A DNA stretch of 64,000 nucleotides from Rhizobiaceae bacterium. GTDB taxonomy: Bacteria > Pseudomonadota > Alphaproteobacteria > Rhizobiales > Rhizobiaceae. Position numbers and translations under genes: made by a program. Positions 9,443 to 20,321 of the stretch are shown here, piece after piece. The notes beneath the pieces were generated by a model that had not been told where the DNA came from, searched no databases, and saw only the letters and a program-made list of their open reading frames with translations. Every line of letters starts with the position of its first letter. Positions within the stretch are counted from its first letter, which is position 1. Where the stretch lies: positions 378,809 to 442,808 of the forward strand of contig CBDAPT010000008.1 in the NCBI GenBank assembly GCA_965198665.1, written 5' to 3'.

Positions 9443-11107
9443 ATGAATAAAACCGTTGATTTTCAGACCGATCCGTCCCGCTATCGGCACTGGCGCGTGG
9501 AATATGAAGGCAATACAGCTCGCCTGATCATGGATGTTGACGAGAACGGGGGTCTGTTTGAAGGCTACGAGCTGAAGCTCAATTCTTACGATCTCGGAGT
9601 GGAAATCGAGCTCGCCGACATCGTGCAGCGCATGCGCTTCGAGCACCCGGAAATTGGTGCGGTCATTATGGAATCCGGCAAGGAGAAGGTATTTTGTGCT
9701 GGCGCCAACATTCGCATGCTGGGCGGAGCTGAGCATGCGCACAAGGTGAATTTCTGCAAGTTTACCAACGAGACGCGCAACACCTATGAGGCGGCGGCAG
9801 AAGAATCCGGACAGCATTATATTGCAGCGGTTAAGGGTGCGTGCGCCGGAGGCGGTTACGAACTTGCACTTGCCTGCGAAAAGATTTTCATGACCGATGA
9901 CGGTTCGACATCCGTCGCCCTGCCGGAAGTTCCGCTTCTTGCGGTTCTACCGGGCACCGGCGGCCTCACACGCGTGACGGACAAACGCAAAGTCCGCCGT
10001 GACCGTGCCGATGTATTCTGTTCCATCGAGGAAGGGGTTCGCGGCAAACGGGCAGAAGAATGGCGTCTGGTTGATGCGGTGGTGGCTAACTCCAAGTTCG
10101 ACGAGTTTGTGAAAACTCAGGCGCAGGAAATAGCTGACAAGGCCAAGGCCGGCAACGACATGAAAGGCATAAAGCTTACCGCTCTCGATCGGACATTTCA
10201 TGAGGATGGTTCAATTGTCTATTCCCTCGTGGAAGTCGACGTTGATGCAGATGCCCGACTTGCAGCCATCACGCTCAAGGGACCCGACACCCCTGTGCCG
10301 CAATCAATCGATGCCTTGCATCAAGAAGGAGCGGGCAACTGGGCGCTTCGACTGGCCCGTGAGCTGGATGACGCCATCCTGCACCTTCGCCTCAATGAGC
10401 TGGAGCTTGGCGTCATCGTATTCAAGTCCGTCGGCGATCCACAGCAGGTTATCGCCCATGAAACCTTTCTTACTGAAAACCGGTCACAGGATTGGCTGTC
10501 ACGGGAAATATTGCTCTACTGGAAGCGCGTTCTCAAACGCATCGATATGACATCGCGGTCACTGGTTGCTCTGGTAGAAAACGGCTCCTGCTTCGCCGGT
10601 CTCCTCGCCGAAATCCTGTTTGCGGTTGACCGTACCTACATGATGGAGGGAGATTTCGAAGAGGATAACCGGCCGATCGCAACCGTTACACTGAGCGCCA
10701 GCAATTTCGGCACGTTCCCAATGGCCAACGGGCTTTCACGTCTTGAGACCCGCTTCCTTGGCGAACCGGACATGGTTACCACTGCAAAAGAAGCTGCCGG
10801 TGAGGCCCAGGAGGCTTTTGACGCGGATGAACTTGGTCTGATTACCGAAGCCTATGACGAACTCGACTGGGAAGACGAAGTTCGCATAATCCTTGAGGAA
10901 CGGGCAAGTTTCTCACCCGATGCCCTGACCGGCATGGAAGCCAATCTGCGTTTCGTCGGTCCCGAAACCATGGAAACACGCATTTTCGGTCGCCTGACTG
11001 CCTGGCAGAACTGGATATTCCAGCGGCCCAACGCCGTTGGCGAAGACGGTGCTTTGCAACGATACGGAACCGGAAAACGCGGCCAATACGATATGAGGAG
11101 AGTTTGA
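9443..11107 (+). CDS. boxC: 2,3-epoxybenzoyl-CoA dihydrolase / benzoyl-CoA-dihydrodiol lyase (BoxC)
   Basis: About 554-aa crotonase-superfamily protein. Its N-terminus (MNKTVDFQTDPSRYRHWRVEYEGNTARL) and size match BoxC as I remember it. Immediately followed by boxB with a TGATG overlap. Confidence 0.8.
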   Translation: MNKTVDFQTDPSRYRHWRVEYEGNTARLIMDVDENGGLFEGYELKLNSYDLGVEIELADIVQRMRFEHPEIGAVIMESGKEKVFCAGANIRMLGGAEHAHKVNFCKFTNETRNTYEAAAEESGQHYIAAVKGACAGGGYELALACEKIFMTDDGSTSVALPEVPLLAVLPGTGGLTRVTDKRKVRRDRADVFCSIEEGVRGKRAEEWRLVDAVVANSKFDEFVKTQAQEIADKAKAGNDMKGIKLTALDRTFHEDGSIVYSLVEVDVDADARLAAITLKGPDTPVPQSIDALHQEGAGNWALRLARELDDAILHLRLNELELGVIVFKSVGDPQQVIAHETFLTENRSQDWLSREILLYWKRVLKRIDMTSRSLVALVENGSCFAGLLAEILFAVDRTYMMEGDFEEDNRPIATVTLSASNFGTFPMANGLSRLETRFLGEPDMVTTAKEAAGEAQEAFDADELGLITEAYDELDWEDEVRIILEERASFSPDALTGMEANLRFVGPETMETRIFGRLTAWQNWIFQRPNAVGEDGALQRYGTGKRGQYDMRRV

Positions 11108-12558
11108 TGCTTGATCTTGTAAATGTGGAATACGACACCCTCATTCCGAATAATGTCGGACTGTCTTCGGACAAACGGGTGCAGAAAGCGCTCGAAAAGT
11201 GGCACCCCGGTTACATCAACTGGTGGAACGACCTGATCCCCCAGAATTTTCAGAATTCACTGGTTTATCTGCGCACAGCGGTTTCGGTGGATCCCAAAGG
11301 CTGGGCAAAGTTCGATTACGTGAAAATGCCCGAATACCGTTGGGGCATACTGCTGGCACCGCAGGTTGAAGACCGTAAAATTCCGTGCGGCGAACATGCC
11401 GGTGAAGACGCTTGGCAGGAGGTTCCGGGAGAATACCGGGCCATGTTGCAGCGCCTGATTGTCATTCAGGGAGATACCGAGCCAGGCTCTGTGGAACAAC
11501 AGCGTTTCCTCGGCCTCACCGCCCCTTCACTCTATGATATGCGCAACCTGTTCCAGGTAAACGTCGAGGAAGGGCGCCATCTCTGGGCCATGGTTTACCT
11601 GTTGCAGAAATATTTCGGCAAGAACGGCCGTGAGGAAGCCGATGATTTGCTACGCCGTTCATCCGGTTCCGAAGAGGCCCCGCGAATGCTTGGTGCATTC
11701 AACGAGCAAACGCCGGACTGGCTCTCTTTCTTCATGTTTACCTACTTTACCGATCGAGACGGCAAGATGCAGCTGGAGTCCCTTGCACAGTCGGGATTTG
11801 ACCCCCTGTCCCGCACCTGCCGCTTCATGCTGACCGAAGAAGCACATCACATGTTCGTTGGCGAAACCGGTGTTACCCGTGTCATTCAGCGCACCTGCGA
11901 AGCGATGAATGAAGCAGGGATTACAGATCCTTACGATATCGACAAAATTCGCGATCTCGGGGTCATCGACCTGCCTACAATTCAGAAGAAGCTCAACATG
12001 CACTATTCTCTATCGCTGGATCTTTTCGGGCAGGAAGTCTCAACAAATGCCGCCAATGCATTCAATGCAGGCATCAAGGGAAGGTTTATGGAAAACCGCA
12101 TAGACGATGATCACCGGCTGACCGATGCAACATACCCGGTTGTCCAGCTCGAAGATGGTGAAATCAAGTTGAAGGACGTTCCGGCCCTGACAGCGATAAA
12201 CATGCGGTTGCGGGACGATTACAAGAAGGATGCTTCTGGCGGGGTTGGTCGCTGGAACAAGATCATCAAAAAGTCCGGCATCGAGTTTGAGATGATATTG
12301 CCGCATGAAGGCTTTCATCGACAAATAGGCGTCTTCTCGGGATGCCCACTCACACCGGAGGGAGATATGATTTCCACCGAGGAGTGGGAAAAACGGCGCG
12401 ACGAGTGGCTCACCACCAAAGCTGATGGAGATTTCATCCAGTCCTTGATGGTGCCTTGTTTTGAGCCGGGCAAATACGCCGGCTGGATTTCTCCTCCCCG
12501 TGTCGGCATCGACAACAAACCCGGCGACTTTGAGTATGTAAAGCTGCACATGGCCTAG
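11107..12558 (+). CDS. boxB: Benzoyl-CoA 2,3-epoxidase, diiron oxygenase component (BoxB)
   Basis: About 483 aa with diiron-type EEGRH and EEAHH motifs. Size and context are typical of BoxB. Confidence 0.85.
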   Translation: MLDLVNVEYDTLIPNNVGLSSDKRVQKALEKWHPGYINWWNDLIPQNFQNSLVYLRTAVSVDPKGWAKFDYVKMPEYRWGILLAPQVEDRKIPCGEHAGEDAWQEVPGEYRAMLQRLIVIQGDTEPGSVEQQRFLGLTAPSLYDMRNLFQVNVEEGRHLWAMVYLLQKYFGKNGREEADDLLRRSSGSEEAPRMLGAFNEQTPDWLSFFMFTYFTDRDGKMQLESLAQSGFDPLSRTCRFMLTEEAHHMFVGETGVTRVIQRTCEAMNEAGITDPYDIDKIRDLGVIDLPTIQKKLNMHYSLSLDLFGQEVSTNAANAFNAGIKGRFMENRIDDDHRLTDATYPVVQLEDGEIKLKDVPALTAINMRLRDDYKKDASGGVGRWNKIIKKSGIEFEMILPHEGFHRQIGVFSGCPLTPEGDMISTEEWEKRRDEWLTTKADGDFIQSLMVPCFEPGKYAGWISPPRVGIDNKPGDFEYVKLHMA

Positions 12559-12570
12559 AAAAGAACCTCC

Positions 12571-13818
12571 ATGACACACACGATTGCAATCATCGGTGCC
12601 GGGCCTGCAGGTTGCTATGTGGCGCAGGCACTTAGAAAGGCCTGTCCGGAAGCAGAAATTACCGTGATTGACCGACTTCTCACTCCATACGGGCTGGTGC
12701 GTTACGGGGTAGCTCCTGATCACCAGGGAACCAAGGCCGTTGTGCGGCAGTTTTCCCGGCTGTTTGAGAAGCACGGCGTGCACTTTCTGGGTAATCTGGA
12801 AATCGGAAACGATTTGAAACTTGAAGAGCTCACTGACTGCATGGATGCAGTTGTCATCGCAACCGGACTTCATCGCGATCGGACACTCGAAGTTGATGGA
12901 GCAAACCTAAATGGGGTCTATGGGGCAGGTGAAGTAACGCGCTGCTGGAACGCCCACCCGGACAGCGAAGGCTTTTTGACTGAATTTGGTAAAACAGCAA
13001 CCGTTCTGGGCAATGGCAATGTGGCGATGGATATCATACGCGTGCTGGCCAAGTCGGAGGCCGAACTGCAAGGATCCGACCTTGACCCTTCCCAGGTTAA
13101 CACTACGGTGGACACCATCCACATAATCGGACGCTCACCCCTGGAAAACGCCAAGTTTGATCCGACACTGGTTCGGGAATTGACCAACATTCAAGGGCTG
13201 CAATGCCGCCTAGAGGATGGAGATCTGTTTTCAGCAGATCCGGAAGTGCCAATGCATGCAGCTCTTCAGGAGTTGTTCTCGTCCCGCGTGGATAATCCGG
13301 ACAAAGAGATTATTTTTCACTCCGGATGGTCGGTTGAGGCAATAGTAGGAACGGCGGAAAAGGTTGGCAGTGTCTCATTGCGAAAAACCAATGGCGAGCA
13401 ACGAAAAACCGTTTACTGTAACTCCATAATCACAGCAATCGGATTTGAAAACGAAAACCACATCGACCGCGAAAGCCTTGTCGGTAACGCCAGCGCAATT
13501 GAAAATGGTATTCTCAAACCAGGACTTTTCGCAGCCGGTTGGTTCAAGACTGGGCCGAACGGCACAATTCCTGAAAATCGCCTTGCCAGCCAGCAGGTTG
13601 CAGGCAATATTGTTGACTGGCTGCAGCAAACAACGGGCAGTAAACCCGGCAAACAGGCTATTCTGGAAAGGCTTGGCGATCAGATAACCGATTATCAGGA
13701 CTGGCTGGCGATAGACCGTATGGAAATCGAAACGGCTGCACCCGGTCGCTGCAGGCAAAAGTGGTCTTCCAAAGAAAAAATGTTTCAGACAATTGAGAAT
13801 CAAAGGCAGGTTTCATGA
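12571..13818 (+). CDS. Adrenodoxin-reductase/FprA-type NADPH:ferredoxin(flavodoxin) oxidoreductase
   Basis: IIGAGPAGCY, YGLVRYGVAPDH, VLGNGNVAMDIIRVL, AAGWFKTGPNGTI. No Cys-rich Fe-S cluster motif. Occupies the position where boxA would be expected. Confidence 0.75.
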   Translation: MTHTIAIIGAGPAGCYVAQALRKACPEAEITVIDRLLTPYGLVRYGVAPDHQGTKAVVRQFSRLFEKHGVHFLGNLEIGNDLKLEELTDCMDAVVIATGLHRDRTLEVDGANLNGVYGAGEVTRCWNAHPDSEGFLTEFGKTATVLGNGNVAMDIIRVLAKSEAELQGSDLDPSQVNTTVDTIHIIGRSPLENAKFDPTLVRELTNIQGLQCRLEDGDLFSADPEVPMHAALQELFSSRVDNPDKEIIFHSGWSVEAIVGTAEKVGSVSLRKTNGEQRKTVYCNSIITAIGFENENHIDRESLVGNASAIENGILKPGLFAAGWFKTGPNGTIPENRLASQQVAGNIVDWLQQTTGSKPGKQAILERLGDQITDYQDWLAIDRMEIETAAPGRCRQKWSSKEKMFQTIENQRQVS

Positions 13819-14273
13819 AAGTTGGACTGTTATTCGGAACAGAAACAGGCAATGCCGAATTGCTGTGCGATGATATCGAAGAAGAATTGGGAAGCGATTT
13901 CGAGTGTGAGATTGCTGATCTTGGAGACATTGCGCCGGATGATTTGACCGCTGATCGCTTCTACATCATTGTTACGTCGACGTATGGCAACGGCGATCTG
14001 CCGACAAACGCTACCGATTTCTTCGATGCGCTGGACGAACAGCGTCCTGATCTCACCGGTATTCGTTTCGCAATATTCGGACTGGGTGACCAGGTCTTTG
14101 ACCAGACCTTCAATCAGGGTTCCGAACGACTGAAAGATTTGCTGGTTGAATGCAAGGCCACCATGGTGGGCGAGCGGGGATTGCATGATGCATCTTCCGG
14201 CGAGGCACCGGAAGACATAGCGCTTCCCTGGCTACAAACGGTATTGCCTGAACTTGTTTCGGAGGCTGCATGA
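13815..14273 (+). CDS. Flavodoxin
   Basis: 152 aa. MKVGLLFGTETGNAE FMN-phosphate loop and STYGNGDLP. ATGA overlap with the reductase gene. Confidence 0.8.
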   Translation: MKVGLLFGTETGNAELLCDDIEEELGSDFECEIADLGDIAPDDLTADRFYIIVTSTYGNGDLPTNATDFFDALDEQRPDLTGIRFAIFGLGDQVFDQTFNQGSERLKDLLVECKATMVGERGLHDASSGEAPEDIALPWLQTVLPELVSEAA

Positions 14274-14321
14274 AACCCCTTCAACCGGGCAGACACAAAA
14301 ATTTGCGGGAACAGGATTAAA

Positions 14322-15236
14322 GTGAGCGCTGCAAAAACCAAAAATAAGGAGCCCCGAAAATCCGATCCGGATGCGGTTGAGGAATTTGTCGCAAATGTCG
14401 GCCTCAAGGTTCGTCTGATCCGAACACGCCGTAACCTTTCGCGACGAGAACTATCGGAACTTTCGGGAATTTCAGAGCGTTATCTTGCACAGCTGGAAGC
14501 CGGGCACAGCAATGTTTCGGTAGCACTGTTGTTCAGAATCGCAAAAGCTCTGGACAAGACGCCCGACTGGTTTCTCGGAAACGAATTCATGGATGATGAA
14601 GTTTTTGATCTTGTCCAGAAATACAAATCTGCCAATCCGATATTAAAGGAGCAGGTAACTGATCTTCTCGACTCCAGCCTGGCAAACTCCCACAAAGCCG
14701 AACGCATATGTCTGATAGGACTGCGCGGGGCTGGCAAGTCAACCCTGGGCAGGCTGCTGGCAAACCACTTCGGGTTCGAATTTATCGAATTGAATAAACT
14801 TATCGAAAACGAAAGTGGCATGCCGGTATCAGAAGTCATCGCACTATACGGCGCAGAGGGTTACCGCCAGCGTGAACACGCGCTGATCAACGCACTGAGC
14901 GAACGGCAGGACAAGGTGGTGCTGGCTGTCGGCGGGGGAATCGTTTCTGACAGCAATACCTTTAACCGGATCCTTTCAAGCTTTCATTCGATTTGGCTGC
15001 GGGCATCCCCGCAGGAACACATGCAACGGGTGCGTGATCAGGGTGACTACCGCCCTATGGCGGGAAATCCCAATGCAATGGACGACCTGAAATTGATCCT
15101 CACAAACCGTGAGGAAGCATACTCAAAGGCAGACATTACAGTGGACACATCAGGGCAAACCGTGGAACAAAGCAGCAATGCCGTTTTCGAAGCAATCCGA
15201 AATCTGGTGTTACGATCCTATCACGAAACAGCGTAA
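14322..15236 (+). CDS. boxR: BoxR/BzdR-type regulator (XRE HTH fused to a shikimate-kinase-like domain)
   Basis: N-terminal XRE HTH (LSRRELSELSGISERYLAQLEAG) plus a C-terminal P-loop GLRGAGKSTLGRLLA shikimate-kinase fold. This domain architecture is that of BzdR/BoxR. Confidence 0.75.
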   Translation: MSAAKTKNKEPRKSDPDAVEEFVANVGLKVRLIRTRRNLSRRELSELSGISERYLAQLEAGHSNVSVALLFRIAKALDKTPDWFLGNEFMDDEVFDLVQKYKSANPILKEQVTDLLDSSLANSHKAERICLIGLRGAGKSTLGRLLANHFGFEFIELNKLIENESGMPVSEVIALYGAEGYRQREHALINALSERQDKVVLAVGGGIVSDSNTFNRILSSFHSIWLRASPQEHMQRVRDQGDYRPMAGNPNAMDDLKLILTNREEAYSKADITVDTSGQTVEQSSNAVFEAIRNLVLRSYHETA

Positions 15237-15261
15237 AAGCGGGACCGGAAGGCAAATCCAG

Positions 15262-16752
15262 GTGGCAGGCACACAATCCGAATTCAATTTCGACAACAGC
15301 TTTGCAAAGGAGCTTGAAGGTTTTTATGTGCCTATAAAGGGGCATGACGCTCCAAAGCCGGAATTGGTTCGCCTTAACGAGAGCCTTGCAGCAGAACTAC
15401 AGCTTGATGCGGAATTTCTGAGTTCGGACGCTGGAGTGGAAATCCTCTCCGGCAAACAGGCCCCCGAGGGTGCTTACCCACTGGCACAGGCCTATGCGGG
15501 CCATCAGTTTGGCGGATTTTCGCCCAGCCTCGGTGACGGAAGAGCTATGTTGCTTGGTGAGGTTATTGATCTCGACGGCGTGCGCCGCGATATCCAGTTG
15601 AAGGGGTCCGGTCGCACCCCGTTCTCCCGCAACGGCGATGGCAAAGCTGCACTCGGGCCCGTTCTGCGCGAATATATTGTCAGTGAAGCTATGCATGCCC
15701 TGGGAGTTCCAACCACCCGCTCGCTTGCAGCAGTGACAACCGGAGAACAGGTGTATCGGGAAGTTCCTTTGCCCGGCGCGGTACTCACCCGCATTGCATC
15801 CAGCCACCTGCGCATCGGCACGTTCCAGTTTTTTGCAGCTCGCAACGATGAGGCGAAGGTGAAACAATTGGCAGACTATGCGATTAACCGCCATTACCCG
15901 TCTCTCAATGAACATCCGGACAAGTACCTTGAATTCCTGAAAGCCGTGATTTCCGTTCAGGCCTCACTTGTGGCGCAATGGATGGCAATTGGATTCGTGC
16001 ATGGTGTCATGAACACGGACAACATGACCATTTCCGGAGAGACCATCGATTATGGTCCCTGCGCTTTCATCGATGTGTTTACAGAAAACGCCGTATTCAG
16101 TTCGATTGATGAAACCGGTCGTTATGCCTATCGCATGCAACCCCTGATCCTGCAATGGAACCTGGCACGCCTGGCAGAGTGTCTGTTGGGCCTGATAGAC
16201 AATGAAGACAAGGACAATGCCGTGCGTGTCGCAACGAACGAACTGAATGTTGTGCCGGAAATCTACAAGAAACAGTGGCTGGAACGGATGGGTGCGAAAA
16301 TCGGGTTGAAAGAACCAGTCGCTGAAGACAACAAACTGATCGAGAACCTGCTCAAAGTGATGGAAGATGGCAGGGCTGACTTCACAAACACATTCAGGGC
16401 ACTTGCGATGGCCGTGGAAAAAAATGATCAGCCGTTTCTCGAACAGTTTTCGGAAAGCACTGTTAATCCCGCCAAGGACTGGCTGGCGGACTGGCGTTCC
16501 CGGACAAGACAGGAAACCGTCTCTGACGATGATCGCATTGAGCAAATGAAACAAGCCAACCCGCATTACATTCCGCGCAACCATTTGGTTGAAGAGGCAA
16601 TCCGGGAGGCTGTTTCGTCAAACAATCTGGAGCCCTTTACTTCATTGATGACAGTTCTTGAAAAGCCGTTTGACGAACAGGACGGCACAGAGAAATACAC
16701 CCGAGGTGCACCAGCGGATTCCGGTCCTTACATAACCTTTTGTGGAACATGA
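15262..16752 (+). CDS. selO: Protein adenylyltransferase SelO (YdiU/UPF0061 family)
   Basis: FDNSFAKELEGFY..., AYAGHQFGGFSPSLGDGRAMLLGEV, LKGSGRTPFSR, HGVMNTDNMTISGETIDYGP. The start is uncertain; GTG 15262 is the first start after the boxR stop. Confidence 0.8.
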   Translation: MAGTQSEFNFDNSFAKELEGFYVPIKGHDAPKPELVRLNESLAAELQLDAEFLSSDAGVEILSGKQAPEGAYPLAQAYAGHQFGGFSPSLGDGRAMLLGEVIDLDGVRRDIQLKGSGRTPFSRNGDGKAALGPVLREYIVSEAMHALGVPTTRSLAAVTTGEQVYREVPLPGAVLTRIASSHLRIGTFQFFAARNDEAKVKQLADYAINRHYPSLNEHPDKYLEFLKAVISVQASLVAQWMAIGFVHGVMNTDNMTISGETIDYGPCAFIDVFTENAVFSSIDETGRYAYRMQPLILQWNLARLAECLLGLIDNEDKDNAVRVATNELNVVPEIYKKQWLERMGAKIGLKEPVAEDNKLIENLLKVMEDGRADFTNTFRALAMAVEKNDQPFLEQFSESTVNPAKDWLADWRSRTRQETVSDDDRIEQMKQANPHYIPRNHLVEEAIREAVSSNNLEPFTSLMTVLEKPFDEQDGTEKYTRGAPADSGPYITFCGT

Positions 16753-16826
16753 AATTGACCTCAGAATTCGGCCATTAGTTGTTTTCATCCCGCGAGATTC
16801 GTGGTTTCATCCATGACAATAAGAAC

Positions 16827-17868
16827 AAGGAGATGGCATGAATGGGGTGTGAGCGGTCATGCATCCCGACTCGGATAGAGTGCTGGGAGAGGCGGATAGG
16901 CTGCAGGCTGGATGTCATCTTAGGGCATTGCGACCCTGTAAAGGAGATTACCCGCCGCCTGTATCTGAACGACCAGCGTGAGGCCCGGTTCGGTCCGGTG
17001 ACCTCGTATAGGAGTTTGGCGTGGCCGTTCACACCCTTGTCAGGGTTCCGCCGCTCACCAACGGGAGAAGTTTAGCCATGTCCTTTATCGGTGTCGATCT
17101 TCACACGACGTCTTTCACGGTCTGCCGGCTTGAAGCTGACGGCAGCGAGATATTTGAAACCTACCAGCTGGCAGCGGCCGATCTGGAACGGTTCTGCCTG
17201 AGCCTTGATGCGGACGACGAGATTGCCGTGGAGGCGACGGGCAATTCGGCCTGGTTTCGTGACGAGGTGGTCGCTTGCGTCGGCCGTGTTGTCGTGGTCA
17301 ACCCGAGGCAGTTCGGCGTGATCCGCAAGTCGGTGAAGAAGACGGACAGGAACGATGCCCGGGCACTGGCCTTCTTCCTGTCGAAGGACATGCTGCCCGA
17401 GACGCGTGTGAAGACGGTTGCCGAGAGCGAGTTGGCGTCACTCACCCACACGCGCGATCTTCTGGTCAAGCAGCGCACCCGGCTCATCAACAAGATCCAT
17501 GCGCTGCACACGCGCCACGGCGTCAAGCTGAAGAAGGAAAGCCTGGGCTCGAAGCGGCGGCTCAATGCTCTGGAGGTCGGCCGGTTCTCGACACTGGAAC
17601 AGGTCGAGTTGAAGGCCCTGCGCGACCAGGCGCTGAGGCTTATGGCGACGATTGGCGAACTGGACGGTGCGATCGAAGAGGCCGCCCGGGAACTGGATGG
17701 CTACGACGGCCTCGTCTCAATCAAGGGCATCGGTCCGCGCTCGGCGGCCGTGCTCCTGTCGGGGATCGGCAACGTCGATGACTTCGAGGACGCCGACAAG
17801 CTGGCTGCCTATGTGGGCATCGTCCCGCGCGTCAGCCAGTCGAACGAAACCGACAACCGGGGGCGGAT
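16827..17868 (+). mobile_element. IS110-group element, copy B, 3'-truncated by IS21
   Basis: Appears identical to copies A and C from AAGGAGATGG... up to ...CAACCGGGGGCGGAT, where the IS21 terminal TGTCAATG... begins. Confidence 0.85.
17078..17868 (+). pseudogene. Truncated IS110 transposase (first ~263 codons)
   Basis: Same translation as copies A and C up to ...ETDNRGRI. After that the ORF reads into IS21 sequence. Confidence 0.85.
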
Positions 17869-17935
17869 TGTCAATGTTCAATTAAAACTGACCCTGTATT
17901 TCCATTTAAAACTGACCCACCGTTTTTGCATGCAA

Positions 17936-17984
17936 GCCCCCGGACGATCAGCTCTCCAATTGCAAGATCGTCCGGGGGCTTTTT
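17936..17984 (+). terminator. Strong hairpin plus T-tract inside the IS21 end
   Basis: 14-bp perfect stem GCCCCCGGACGATC / GATCGTCCGGGGGC with a 16-nt loop, followed by TTTTT (17980-17984). Confidence 0.55.
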
Positions 17985-17988
17985 CTGA

Positions 17989-18723
17989 TCAGGATTGAGT
18001 TTTTTGTTTTTTGCTTTGAGCAAACCGGTATGATGCATTCCCGGTTTCTATAATGGTGCAATGATGGGTAATTCGGTCCAGCAGTGCGGTTGTCATCTTT
18101 GCATCTGCGAAGACCTGCGTCCATTCCCCGAACTCCAGGTTGGTTGTAATGATGACGCTTGTCTTCTCGTACAGTTTGCTGATCAGATGGAACAGTAGCG
18201 CTCCGCCGGACTTTGGGAACGGAATATAGCCGAGTTCATCAATAATGACGCAATCCAGTGCGCATAATTGCCGTACGATCCTTGCGGTATTTCCCTCTGC
18301 CTGTTCACTGATCAGCGCATTGATCAGGTCGACAGCATTGAAGAACCGAATTCTCTTGCCGTGATTAACAAGCGTTGTTCCAAGAGCAATGGCAATGTGG
18401 GATTTTCCAGTTCCCGTTCCACCAACCAGAATCAGATTATGTGCATCGGCAATAAACTGTCCGGAACACAAGGGTTCAATCTGTGTTCGGGTTACAGCCG
18501 CCGCATCATAATCGAAGGTGGCAAAGTCCTTGTGATGAGGGAAGTTTGCACTGCGCATTTGATACCGGACCGAACGCACCCTTCGTTCCACGGTCTCTGC
18601 CTCTATCAACTGCTTTATCGCCGTGGCCAGGTTTGGCGGCTGACGTGCACTTAGCAAGTCCTGTGCGCAAGAGGCCATTCCATGCAATCTCAACCCTGCC
18701 AGCTGTTCAATGAGGCCGTTCAT
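17989..18723 (-). CDS. istB: IS21 helper ATPase IstB
   Basis: 244 aa with Walker [12 protein letters not shown] and Walker B VIIDELGY. Overlaps the istA stop. Confidence 0.9.
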   Translation of the reverse strand: MNGLIEQLAGLRLHGMASCAQDLLSARQPPNLATAIKQLIEAETVERRVRSVRYQMRSANFPHHKDFATFDYDAAAVTRTQIEPLCSGQFIADAHNLILVGGTGTGKSHIAIALGTTLVNHGKRIRFFNAVDLINALISEQAEGNTARIVRQLCALDCVIIDELGYIPFPKSGGALLFHLISKLYEKTSVIITTNLEFGEWTQVFADAKMTTALLDRITHHCTIIETGNASYRFAQSKKQKTQS

Positions 18724-20219
18724 GCCGTCACCTCATACAGAGCTTCATAACGCTTGCAGTCGGCTTGCGGGACAGTTGAGATCAGAGGATAATTGCCGGT
18801 TTCGCTCAATGGCGTAATTTCCGGTTCTTGCAATTGATTAATCAGATTGATGATGGCAGGAAGACGCAAGGTATTTTGCTTTACAGCCAGCTTACAGGCC
18901 TGCTCGATCACCTCTGTTCCATGCTTGTGTGCCAGCAGCAGAAGATCGACAAAATACCGGTCCCCTCCCTTGTCCTGCATGTAGTGATCCCGGATCGTCA
19001 TCATAACATTTGGCAATTGCCAATCCACGAAAGGGGCGCCATTTCTTAAGGCACCGGGTTTGCGATCCAGCAATGGCACATAGTGCCAGGGCTCAAAGTA
19101 ACTGATATTGCGGGTAAAACGACGTTTGTGCCCGGCAATTACTTCATGATCCGCAACAAGAACTATTCGCCCGGCATAGGCTCGCAGCGAGACTTGTTGC
19201 CCGGCAAACTGACAAGGCACGCTGTAACGATTGTTATCATACTGAACCAGACAGGTGGAACGCACCCGCACACTCTTTTCGATGTACCCGTCAAAGGGTT
19301 GGCCGAGAGGGCGAAGCGCGGCAACCTCTTCTGCAAAAACCGCATCAATTGTGCGATCCTGCATCCCGGGATGCGCACGTTCGCCAAGTTCTTGACAACG
19401 CCGCTCCAGATGTTCATTCAAGCTATCAAGGTCATCAAAGGAAAGCTTGGGCGTAAACACCTCTGCTCGTATGAACCCGACCTGGTTCTCAACCTGGCCC
19501 TTCTCCCAGCCAGATGCCGGCGTACAGGCGACCGGCTCCATAACGTAATGGTTCATACAGGCAAGGAAACGTGCATGGAACATTCGTTCCTTCGAACGCG
19601 ATACATAGGTGACCATAGTCTTGGGATTGTCGATGATGACACGGCGGGGAACTCCCCCGTAAAAGGCCAACGCACGCACAAAAGCATCAAGTACCATCTC
19701 CTGCACTTCGCTGGGATAGGCGTATACAAACGGCTTGCGGCTGTGGCAAAGCCGGAAGTGGGCAATCTTCACTTTCTGGGGTACTCCGCCCAGAACAACG
19801 TGTTCCTCACTCCAGTCAAACTGAACCGCATCACCTGCCGCAAACTGCAGGGGAACAAATGCTCCTCTGGACCCCGAACTCGAATGCTTCAACTCGCGGA
19901 TAAGTCGCTGGGTCGTTGAATAAGACCCTTTATAGCCTTCCCCAACCAGTTCCTCGTAAAGCTTCTTGCCTGTGCGACGCTCCCGGCGCGGCAGCTTCAG
20001 ATCATGCTCCCAGCGTGACCGAAGCTTGTCTGCATGCTTCCCAAGCAATTTATGCAAGGGTGCAGGAGTGTGGCGCTGATAACGAGGCTCCCCATCATCC
20101 TTCAAATACTTCCTGATCGTATTGCGCGAAACTCCCGTCTCACGACTTACCTGTCGAATGCTCTTTTCACCGCGCAATATCCAGCAACGGACCTTCAAAA
20201 CCGTTTCCATTTGTAACAC
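18720..20219 (-). CDS. istA: IS21 transposase IstA
   Basis: 499 aa with an N-terminal HTH ([20 protein letters not shown]) and a DDE region (QFDWSE...IIDNPKT...GWEKGQVEN). Confidence 0.9.
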   Translation of the reverse strand: MLQMETVLKVRCWILRGEKSIRQVSRETGVSRNTIRKYLKDDGEPRYQRHTPAPLHKLLGKHADKLRSRWEHDLKLPRRERRTGKKLYEELVGEGYKGSYSTTQRLIRELKHSSSGSRGAFVPLQFAAGDAVQFDWSEEHVVLGGVPQKVKIAHFRLCHSRKPFVYAYPSEVQEMVLDAFVRALAFYGGVPRRVIIDNPKTMVTYVSRSKERMFHARFLACMNHYVMEPVACTPASGWEKGQVENQVGFIRAEVFTPKLSFDDLDSLNEHLERRCQELGERAHPGMQDRTIDAVFAEEVAALRPLGQPFDGYIEKSVRVRSTCLVQYDNNRYSVPCQFAGQQVSLRAYAGRIVLVADHEVIAGHKRRFTRNISYFEPWHYVPLLDRKPGALRNGAPFVDWQLPNVMMTIRDHYMQDKGGDRYFVDLLLLAHKHGTEVIEQACKLAVKQNTLRLPAIINLINQLQEPEITPLSETGNYPLISTVPQADCKRYEALYEVTA

Positions 20220-20321
20220 CTGTCTCTTCCTCGCGCTTAAAACGCGAAACCTAAAACAGGCGGGTCAATTTTACTTGAAAATTACCCACCCAAGTGGGTC
20301 AAATTTGCATGGAAATTCACA

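Larger units (their letters stand above)
17869..20321 (-). mobile_element. IS21-family insertion sequence (2453 bp)
   Basis: Ends TGTCAATGTTCAATTAAAACTGACCC... and ...GGGTCAAATTTGCATGGAAATTCACA form an imperfect IR that starts with TGT. Repeated subterminal (A)AAACTGACCC / AAATTGACCC motifs. istA and istB lie inside. Confidence 0.85.

Noticed and set aside
17021-17998. 325-aa ORF that looks like a variant transposase
   Set aside because: It is a chimera. It is identical to the IS110 transposase up to residue ...NRGRI and then reads through the IS21 terminal repeat. It is a truncated pseudogene, not a new protein.
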